64,000 nucleotides of DNA, from NCBI RefSeq assembly GCF_030144855.1, contig NC_082715.1, positions 117,614,001 to 117,678,000 of the forward strand. Direction: 5' to 3'. A program made the translations under genes and the position numbers. Shown in pieces: positions 50,701 to 60,469 of this stretch. Source of the DNA: Hypanus sabinus (Eukaryota). The notes beneath the pieces were generated by a model. That model did no database searches. It was not told the origin of the DNA and saw nothing but the letters and a program-made list of their open reading frames with translations. How positions within the stretch are numbered: the first letter of the stretch is position 1; each line of letters begins with the position of its first letter.

Positions 50701-52730
50701 AAGATCATCGATTAGCATGTGCTCCAGGCAACTCAATCCCAGTTGCTCTGGAGCCCCAAGATTTTCCATATAAACCTTACCCTTCGGTAGAGTCAACGAC
50801 CATTGACACCACAATCATTGCAGTGACAACTGTTACTAGTCCTTTGTTGTGTGATGAGATTCAGACAGACACAAAGGGAGTAGGTCTTGTATTAGAAGAA
50901 ACAGAAGAGCGAATTATTCTAGTGCCAGGGTATAGACACGTGCAAGTATTGTTCAACTTAACGTCGCTTCAGATTCCTAGTTGGTGTGGAATAAATCTCC
51001 AGGAACTTTTCCAACATTTATTAATTGAACAGTTTACCCACTCAGAATTGAAAACAGGAGAGAGGCGAAGACGGGGGCTTATTGAATTTATGGGATTGGG
51101 ATACACTGCTGGAGTTTCCACAGTAAATACACTGGATATTGCGGAGCTAAGCTCTCAGGTAAATTCTCTAAGGAAAAAGATGAAAGAAATAGTAAATCGG
51201 GATTTTCAGGATATGGGAGGGGTGAGCACATTAGGTAAGCAACAAGCAAATGTAGTTTCGGAAATGCTCCATATTTTACAGCCATTAGGAGATATGACAA
51301 ACTGAATTATTGACAGAGTTAACACTGAAACTACTCAACACACTAAGGATGCTGTTTGCTCAACTTATACCTCGTGGTTACTTTCTGTAATTGGGCTTAA
51401 TATGGTACAATTAGAGAACCATAGGGTTCCCGATTGGATTTCAGATGAACAGTTAAAAGAATGGGTTGGTACTAACACACCAGCGTGTCACATTAGAGAA
51501 TTCACTTTTACAAATCATCTCCTTGGAAATTGTAGGAATGGATCTGGACCACTCTATGTTGGAGCAGTTCTTCACATTCCTTACCATAGTGATAACCAAA
51601 CATACACACTGTACAAGGTTCATAATGTTGGGAAGTATCAAGACAGAGTTTCGATTTCACTTACCAATCCACTTACCAATTACTTATTCTATTAAGTGGC
51701 AAGGATCTACAAAGGGTGTAAATTTGGCTTCCTGTCATCAAAAGGGGGAATATTGCATCTGTCCAGAGGATTTGCTTAAGAATGGGTTAACAGATTGTGG
51801 GTTTGTTTCTTATGATAATTGTTCTCTATCTATTTTACCTCTCAATAACAGGACATTCATAAAGTTTGCTTTGGTGAATGATACTTACTACTTTGCTACT
51901 TCAAGCACACATTACAAGAAGGGATCTTTAACATGCAGTTTGTATAACCATAACGTAGCACTTTCCAATGTTTTGAGGGACTTATTTTTAGCTGGACAAG
52001 TGTTACCCAAACCTGTTGTAAAGCCACCTATTCACCTGGATATATATATCAATGATACTGCTGAGGGCTTACTTAGATATGTACCTACAGCTCTTCCACC
52101 CATCCCTCATTTTACTGCACAGTGGGATCGAGTAATTAACCATAATGAAGCCATTATTAAACAGTGGGATGAATTGTCCAAGACTATTAAAGATTATGCA
52201 GATTTAGCTAATGATATTTTGCAGGATCCACCGTTTTGGAGTAAGGTTTGGAACTGGGGTCGGAACGTTAATGTACATCCTTGGATACGTATTATTTCAC
52301 ATGTTGTTATAGTTCTGCTTCTCGTTCTAATGATCATCCAGTGTATTTTCCTAATTGTTTCCCGCAGGCAGCTTAAACAACTCAAGGGTTTGCGTGCTAA
52401 ATCTCATTCCAATTCTCTTTGCAGCAATGTTGTCTGACTTTACACCATGGTGTTGTCTTACTTTGAGTACTATGTACCTATACATCATTATATATGCTAA
52501 CATACAGTATGAAATCAGATAAGTTTCATCATGTTTCTTTTATAAGCTTTTGTACTGATATTATTTTAAATATGCCAGTATTTTGATAGACTCCACAAAA
52601 TGTAATATGATATTTTGTTAGTATCTTTATTGGCATTATTTGTTGTCATCATGAATGCTAGTGTTCCTTTTGTCCTGTACTCACTCAGATATATAAACTA
52701 AAATTGGGGAGATGTTTTGTCATGTAAGAA
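47720..52730 (+). mobile_element. Degenerate endogenous retrovirus (protease end, tether, RNase H, integrase, env); RT deleted; lokiretrovirus/foamy-like env
   Basis: Protease-like ILGRD near 48050. Tether-like HTLIQLLLDG...RLV*STLLLQ at about 48160-48250. RNase H IFVDG...ANGK at 48280-48620. Integrase LQIDFVEPLP from 49111. env at 50310-52437. PPT-like GGGGAGA then TGT near 52706-52715. Confidence 0.85.
50310..52437 (+). pseudogene. env: Retroviral envelope (class I fusion glycoprotein), about 700 codons with one in-frame stop and one frameshift
   Basis: Furin site RRRR (51063-51074), fusion peptide GLIEFMGLGYTAGVSTV, heptad repeat, Cys-rich region, several N-X-S/T sites, Trp-rich PPFWSKVWNWG, TM helix IISHVVIVLLLVLMIIQCIFLIV. 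TGA at 51303-51305 reads through in frame into ORF 51402-51695; frameshift near 51690. Confidence 0.88.
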
Positions 52731-53049
52731 TGTAAGAATGTCATGTAAGAATTCCCCTGTGGGAATGACATTCACAGCATTGAAATACAACAACCAACGA
52801 GCCTGAGACTTTTTCTGATTAATGTTCAGCCTGATGTTGAGAAGCTGATGTCACTGCAACAAGCCCATCCATCCCATTGAGAGGCGAATAAGCAATGAAG
52901 TACTGAATAGTTGGACTACTAATGTATGCTGTAAAATTGTTAATGAAAATTGATTTTACTGTGATTAAAGAAACAATTGTATTTGTAGCTTTAGATTGGA
53001 TTAATTTTTGAATTTGCATTTCTTATTTTCTTCCACGGTGCACTGTAAC

Positions 53050-54900
53050 TCAAAAGTCTTTATAGGGTTTTTGTAATGGCTGGAAAACAAGAGGGGGTCA
53101 TTGGGAATGTGGTCTGGTGGGAAAGCGGGCAGCAACTCAGAAAAACTGGGAACCACTACTCAAAACCTTGCTTATTCGTGCACCTGTTAAAGAGTTCCAA
53201 TACGCAAAAAGGAAGTTGTCCACCTTGTGCTGTAGAGAAATGTTCTCCTTTTCCATCACTTTAATGGACTTCTTGACGGTTTGGATGTCCCTTTCAGCTA
53301 ACCCATTCATTGCTGGTTTGAAATGTCTGATGCTGTTTTTCTTCATGAATAACCTGAATTCTTCTGATGTGTATTGTGGTCTGTTGTCACTCACAATTTG
53401 TTCAGGTAAGCCAATTCTGCTGAAGATTGTCCTCAGGGTAGAAGTAGTCTTTCCTGATGTGGGTGACTTCATTGGTATAATCTTTGGCCACTTTGAATGA
53501 GAATCCACAGCAATCAGAAACATGGAGTCCATGAATGGCACAGCAAAGTTAATACTGTATGTACTCGTTGCCTCGGTGACAACAGCCACTCTCATCGGTA
53601 TAATGGTACCTGTGGGGCTGCAATTTGAACATTTTGGGCATCCTGAACAGCTTTTGGTCTAGCCTTCACTCTTCCTATCTATTCGCAACCACCACAAGTA
53701 ACTCCGGCTGAGACTTCATATTGGCTATACCCAGGTGTCCTTCATGCAGATTCTCTAACACCTTCTCAGGAACATTAGCCAGCTGGGACAGTCTCTGTTT
53801 AGTCCTACCATTTGGGCTGCCATTGCCGGCCGATGACTCATCGAGAGCTTTGATTGTGTGGCAGTCTGGTTAGATTTTTCTCAACCATTCATGTCCAAAA
53901 TGCTGGCTCTCCACTTTTCAACACAAAGCTCTAACTGTTGTGTTTGGCTTCCATACATCACATTCACTTTCAGTTGGCCTTTGGGAGACACTTTTTCACC
54001 TGTGTAGGTCTTTAGCATCACTGTTTTCTCTGGTAGTATCTTAGAAAACAGTCTGTTGTAGTCAGCCTCTGGAATTAGAGACGAGGCTGACTCTGTATCC
54101 AGCTCCATTTGCAGTTTTACACCAGACACATCTATTGTGATCCAAATGATTGTGTGATCTGCTTCAGCTATACTATGCAGTTCTCAGCATGGCAGTTCAC
54201 CTTTGTCAGACTCTGTGTTGTCTGATTCTGTTTCACATTTGGTAACTTAATGTATTTGCTTAGTTTTGTGTTTGAAACTTTTTACTCAGTTATGCTTGTC
54301 TGCCTTTCACATGCTAGAGGGTCTTATCTGTGACACTTTGTATAAACTCTTTCTTTGATCCAACAGTCACTTGCATCATGGGAGGATCTGCCACATCAAT
54401 AAAATATTTGTTTTTTTGCACCGTTCAGGGACATCTTGTCCATTTCACATTCTAACATCTTTTTCTCTAATTCTGCTGTTTCCTTTGCTGCAGTCTCTAC
54501 CAATATTGCAATGGTCAATGCCCATTCTCTTTCTGACAGTAGCCTCATTTGAGTGCTTTGACTATGCAGACCACACACCAGCCTGTCCTTTATTGAATCA
54601 GGAAGCCCATCTGCAAAGTCACAGTATTGAGAAAGCTTGCACAGTTCTGCAATGATTTCAGAAATGCTTACCCCCTTTGTCTGGTTCCTTCTGTAAAATC
54701 TAAACCTCACAGCTTGTACCAGCAGTTTAGGGCTCAAGTGATTTTTTAGAATTGTAACAATTTTGTCGAACATCTTGCTTGCTGGCTTTTCAGGAGTTAC
54801 TATGTTGCACAAGAGACTGTACATTTTAATATCCATTAAGCTGGGAAGAGTGGCGGCTTTCTTTTGCTCATCCATGTCAATCGCCTTACACAACAGTTCA
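53050..54900 (-). mobile_element. Internally deleted Gypsy element (gag, protease, integrase; RT missing)
   Basis: gag ORF 54396-54959 (DRLVCG), protease MELDTES near 54100, integrase VDSHSKWP...IVSDN...NGLAER at 53137-53595. Confidence 0.85.
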
Positions 54901-54904
54901 ACCC

Positions 54905-55290
54905 TTTTGATAATTTTGTGGCCTAAGGTAGAAGGAGTCAATTTTAGAAAAGGGCACATTTACTTTTCAACGTAGTCCCCTTCTACATTTGCACACTTAG
55001 TCCAGCAGTCGTGGAGCATACGGATCTTGGACCTCCAGAAAGTGTCCACAGCAGGGGTGATTGATAAGTTTGTGTCCTAAGGTAGGCGGAGATGAGTAAT
55101 ACAGCTCTCGTTACATGCACGTGCAGTTCAACTCTTTGAGTGATTATCCAGAAAGTTTGAACTTAATAACTTAACTCCTTCTACCTTAGGTCACGAACTT
55201 ATCAATCACCCCGATGAGTTATTAACATCGGACTTTCTGCAATCACTCAAAGAGCTGAGCTGCATGTGCATGTAACGAGAGCTGTATATC
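54905..55290. mobile_element. Tc1/mariner-like MITE cluster with nested inverted repeats
   Basis: TIR-like GGGGTGATTGATAAGTTTGTGGCCTAAGGTAGAAGGAG direct at about 54908 and 55053, inverted at about 55176-55212. Confidence 0.7.
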
Positions 55291-55299
55291 CCTCGGATC

Positions 55300-56090
55300 T
55301 ATTTTTAATCATTCTCTTCTCACCATAAACCTATGTTTTCTAGTTTTAGGTCCCAGTCCGTGAGAACAAGACTGTCCTCTCATCCCCTCGTGCCCCTCAT
55401 GTATTTTATAAACCTCTATAAGATCACCCTTCACCCTCCTATGTTCCTGATAAGTGTCCCAGACTATCCAGTTTCTCATTATAAGTCACACCCTCCAGTC
55501 CCAGTAACATCCACAAGAGTCTTTACTGCATGCTTTATAGCTTAATTACATCCTTTGAATATCCTAGTAACCGGAAGTGCACACAGTATTTCAAGTGTGG
55601 TCCATCCAGCATCTTGCATGACTGTAACATGATGTCCCAAATCTTGTCATCAATGGCCTTACTAATGAAAGTAAGAGAGCCATATGTCTTCTTCATCAAT
55701 CTGTCTATCCGTGTTTCTATTTTCAGAGAACTATGTACCTGTTTCCCATTATACAACACTTTCCAGAGGTGTACAATGGTCTATGTAAGTCCTGCCCTAG
55801 TTTAACATAACAACGTTTAACACCTTTGCCTTGTCAAGAGTTAAATTCCAGTTGCCATTCTCTGGCTCACTTCCCAAGTTGGTCCATATTTATTTTCAAA
55901 CCTCTTCACTGCTCATACACCAGCAATATTAAGATTGTCTGCAAACTTATCAACCATCTTAACAATATTGTCAATCAGATCAATAATATAGATAACAAGC
56001 ACAAGTAGATGCAGCAAAGACCCCTGCAGTGCACTGCTCTTCATGACCTCAGTTTTGAAAAATAACATTCTGCTTCTTCCATGAAACCAG
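55300..56090 (-). mobile_element. Old CR1 fragment
   Basis: Degenerate PHLKYCVHF motif. Confidence 0.75.
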
Positions 56091-56099
56091 TTTTGTTTC

Positions 56100-56710
56100 T
56101 ATTTATTTACTTATTTCATTGTCACCAAAATAATTGATACTGGAGTGTACAATCATCACAGCGATATTTGATTCTGTGCTTTGCACTCCCTAAAGTACAA
56201 ATCAAAGTAAGTATAATAAAAATTTAAATTATAAATCATAATTAGAAAATAGAAACGGGAAAGTAAGGTAGTGCAAGTCAGGTCCAGATATTTGGAAGAT
56301 ACGGCTCAGATCCGGGACAGGATCCATTCAGCAGTCTCATCACAATTGGAAAGAAGCTGTTCCCAGATCTGGCCATACGAATCTTCAAGCTCCTGAACCT
56401 TCTCCTGGAGGGAGGAGGGACAAAAAGTGTGTTGGCTGGGTGGGTCATGTCCTTGATTATCCTGGCAGCACTGCTCTGACAGCGTGAGGTGTAAAGTGAG
56501 TCCGAGGACGGAAGATTGGTTTGTGTGATGTGCTGGGCTATGTTCACGATCTTCTGCAGCTTCTGCCCCTCTTGGACAGGACAACTTCCATACCAGGTTG
56601 TGATGCACCCTGGAAGAATGCTTTCTCTAGTGCACCTATAAAAATTGGTGAGAGTTTTACCGGACAGGCCAAATTTCTTCAGCTTTCTCAGGAAGTAAAG
56701 GCACTTGTGG
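56100..56710 (-). mobile_element. Rex1/Babar-like LINE 3' end
   Basis: LYFLRKLKKF...FYRCTRESILPGCITTWYG...THP...NSFFP. Confidence 0.88.
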
Positions 56711-58305
56711 GCCAACAGGAGAAGATAGGAAGTCATGGAAGAGAGAAAAGGGAGAGGAACACCAGAGTGAAGTAATGGGTAGGTAAGGAGATAAGGTGAG
56801 AGGGAAATTGGAATGGGGAATGGTTGGGGGGGGGGGGGTGCTTTACCGAGTTCATGCCATCAGGGTGGAGGCTACACAGACAAAATATAAGGTGTTGCTC
56901 TTCCAACTTCAGTGTGGCCTCCGCGACAGTAGAGGAGGCCATGGACTGTCATGTCGGAATGGGAATGGGAAGTGGAATTAAAATGGGTGGCCACTGGGAG
57001 ATCCTGTTTTTTTCTGGCGGATGGAGTGTAGGTGCTTAGTGAAGCGGTCTCCCAATATACGTCAGGTCTCTTTGATATACAGGAGGGCAAAATGGGAGCA
57101 CCGGATACAGTAGATGACCCCTATAAACTCACAGATGAAATGTCACCTCACCTGGAAGGACAGTTTAGGATATTGAATTGTAGTCAGGGAGGATGTGTAG
57201 GGGTGGGTGTAGCACTTGTTCTGCTTGCAAGGATAAGTGCCAGGAGGGAGATCAAATGGACACAAGATCTAGGTGTACAATGAGTACAACCAGATCTAGA
57301 TGTTCTTGTACATCAGTCAATGAAAGCAAGCATTCAGGTACAGCAGGCAGTGAAGAAAGCTAATGGCATGCTGGCCTTTATAACAAGAGGAATTGAGTAT
57401 AGGAGTAAAGAGGTCCTTCTGCAGCTGTACAGGGCCCTGGTGAGACCCCACCTGGAGTATTGAGTGCAGATTTGGTCTCCAAATTTGAGGAGGGACATTC
57501 TTGCTATTGAGGGAGTGCAGCGTAGTTTCACAAAGGTAATTCCTGGAATGGCGGGACTGTCATATGTTGAAAGATTGGAGCAACTGGACTTGTATACACT
57601 GGAATTTAGAAGGATGAGACGGGATCTGATTGAAACATATAAGATTATTAAGGGATTGGACACGCTGGAGGCAGGAAGCACGTTCCCACTAATGGGTGAG
57701 TCCAGAACTAGAGGCCACAGTTTAAGAATAAGGGGTAGGCCATTTAGAACAGCGATGTGGAAAAACACTTTCACCCAGAGAGTAGTGGATATGTGGAATG
57801 CTCTGCCCCAGAAGGCAGTGGAGGCCAAGTCTCTGAATGCATTCAAGACAGAGTTAGATAGGGCTCTTATAGATAGCGGGGTCAAGGGATATAGGGAGAG
57901 GGCAGGAACGGGGTACTGATTGTGCATGATCAGCCATGATCACAGTGAATGGTGGTGCTGGCTAGAAGGGCCGAATGGCCTTCTCCTGCACCTACTGTCC
58001 ATTGTCTATTGTCTATTGACAGGGGAGTCATGCAGGGAGCAATCCCTGAGGAAAGCAGAAAGTGGGAGAAAGGGAAAGATATGCTTGGTGGTGGGATCCT
58101 TTGGAGATCGTGGAAGTTATAGAGAATAATGTGCTGGACATGGAGGCTAGTGGGATAGTAGGTGAGGACAAGAGGAACTCTATCTCTGGTGGGGTGGCGG
58201 GAGGATGGGGTGAGGGTAGGCTTGCACGAAATGGAAGAGATACGGTTGAGGGCAGTGTTAATGGTGGAGGAAGAGAAGACCCTTTCTTTGAAGAAAGAGC
58301 ATGTC
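56710..58305 (-). mobile_element. Penelope-like element (GIY-YIG end) split by a CR1 insertion
   Basis: DLPVATHFNSTSHSHSDM and LEEQHLIFCLCSLHPDGMN. PLE sequence resumes at about 58018 after the CR1 tail. Confidence 0.8.
57280..58017 (+). mobile_element. Young 5'-truncated CR1 with (CTATTGT)n tail
   Basis: Near-intact ORF2 C-terminus (57464-57919), 3'UTR and microsatellite tail. Confidence 0.93.
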
Positions 58306-59475
58306 TGACCAGGGAGAGTCAGTAGATGTCATTTACTTTGATTTTCAGAAGGCCTTTGACAAGGTGCTACACATGAGGCTGCTGAACAAGAAAAACGTCC
58401 CATGGTATTACAGGAAAGACTCCAGCATGGACAGAAGGTTGGCTGACTGGCAGGAGGTAAAGAGTGGGAATAAAGTGGGCCTTTTCTGGTTGGCTGCCAG
58501 TGACTAGTGGTGCTTGCTAGGATTTGATATTCGATACATACGTCTTCCTATTGCATGTTAATAATCTGGATGATGGTATTATTCATTTTGTGGCCAAGTT
58601 TGTAGGTGAAGCAAAGGTAGATGGAAGGTTAGGTGGTGTTAAGAAAGCACAGATTCTGCAGAAGAACTTGGACAGATGAGGATAATAGGAAAAGAACTGG
58701 CAGTTAGAATACAGTGCAGAGAAATGTATGCTCATGCACATTGGTAGAAGAAATAAAGGTGTAGACTATTTTCTAAATAGGGAACAAATGGTCTCGGGAG
58801 CCTAGCATAGGATCCTGCAAGGGTTAACTTGCAGGTTGAGTTGGTAGTAAAGAATGTAAAAGGAATATTTGTGTTAATTTCCAGAGGACTAGAATATAAA
58901 AGCTAGGATGTAATTCCGAGGTTTTATTGGGCATTGGTCTGACTGCATTTGGAGTACTGTGAGCAGATTTGCCCCTATATCTGGGAAAGGGTGTGTTGAC
59001 ATTGGAGAGAATCCAGATGAAGTTTACAAGAATGATCCCCAGATTGAAAGAGTTGTATGAAGAGCATTTGATCTCTCTGGGCCAGTAGTCGTTGACCTTT
59101 AGAAGAAGGAGGAGGTATCCCATTGAAAGCTTCTGAATATTGAAAAGCCTGGCTAGAAAGGATATGGAGAGGATATTTCTAATAGTGTGAGAGTCCAGCA
59201 TCAGAGGGCACAACCTCAGGGTATAAAGACATCCCTTTAAAACTGAGATGAGGCCGAGTTTCTTTAGCCAGAGGGGGGAGGGAAAATTCATTGCCACAGG
59301 CAGCTGTGGAGGCCAATTCATTGGGTATATTTAAAGTAGTGATAGATAGGTTCTTGATTAGTGAGGGTGTCAAAGGTTACTGGGAGAGGGTAGGAGAATG
59401 GTGCTGAGAGAGAAAATAAATGAACTATGATGTAACAGAAGCGATATCTTGAATGTTCTAATTTGGATCCTAGGT
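58305..59475 (+). mobile_element. CR1 RT to 3' end, decayed
   Basis: FDFQKAFDKV and downstream C-terminus. Confidence 0.88.
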
Positions 59476-59509
59476 TAGTTTCTTATCATCCAGTGACACT
59501 AACTCCAGT

Positions 59510-60037
59510 AGAACCATAGAACATTACAGCACAGAAACAGGCCTTTTGGCCCTCCTTGGCTGTGTTGAACCATTTTTCTGCCTAGTCCCACTGTCCTGCA
59601 CCTGGTCCATATCCCTCCATACACCTCTCATCCATGTACCTGTCCAAGTTGTTCTTAAATGTTAAAAGTGAGCCCGCATTTACCACTTCATCATTCCACA
59701 TGTCTACCAGTCTCTGTGTGAAGAAGTTCCCCCCCACCAATGTTCACTTTAAACTTTTCCCCCTTCACCCTTAATCCATGTCCTCGTTTTTTTTTCTCCC
59801 CTAGCCTCAGTGGAAAAAGCCTGCTTGCATTCACTGTATCTATACCCATCATAATTTTATATAGCTCTATCAAGTCTCCCCTCATTCTTCTACGTTCCAG
59901 GGAATAGAGTCCTAACCTATTCAACCTTCTTCTGTAACTCAGTTTCTCAAGAGCTGGCAACATCCTTGTAAACCTTCTCTGCACTCTTTCAATCTTATTA
60001 ATATCCTTCTTGTAATTTGGTGACCAAAACTGCACAC
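59510..60037 (-). mobile_element. Young CR1 3' fragment joined to the UQCR11 retrocopy
   Basis: VQFWSPNYKKD...YKIMMGID...GHGLRVK; tail TTCTATGGTTCTA. Confidence 0.93.
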
Positions 60038-60081
60038 GATCGGACTTGGTCCGATTATTCCCTTAAATCCATCAATAATCT

Positions 60082-60249
60082 TCAATCACTCTTGAATTTT
60101 CCTTTCATACATGGGATACAGCTAACTGCAACTTTCCAATCTGTAGCGTAGACCAGCAGTACACCAGCCACAGCTCCCCATGTACTGATAGTTGGAATCC
60201 AGATCTTCAGCAGCTGCCCATGTCTGGGCCCAAGAATTCGCTGCAGCAT
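60082..60249 (-). pseudogene. UQCR11: Processed retrocopy of UQCR11 (cytochrome b-c1 subunit 10) with open 55-aa ORF
   Basis: MLQRILGPRHGQLLKIWIPTISTWGAVAGVLLVYATDWKVAVSCIPCMKGKFKSD vs human MVTRFLGPRYRELVKNWVPTAYTWGAVGAVGLVWATDWRLILDWVPYINGKFKKDN. Intronless CDS; GC-rich 5'UTR-like leader to about 60290. Confidence 0.88.
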
Positions 60250-60469
60250 CCCGGCGGCTGTTCGTGCCCTCCCGATTGACCGACTGCCGGCCCACATACT
60301 TGCCAATTGGAAAGCCGTAATGGAAAATGTTAGTTGTTAAGCTTTTGTTCCCCATTCTCCAATTTACGATTGCTAGCACATGCTTTCTGTAAGGTGGATA
60401 TGTTCCAAGGCATCCTTATCCATATCCCTTAATTCCTTGGCTTCCATGCAATTTTACTTTTTGTTTGTA

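Noticed and set aside
52819-53019. Possible XDH exon 4 (contains VAVT)
   Set aside because: No NACL or EGIG similarity; the match is too short. Exons 1-4 were not found.
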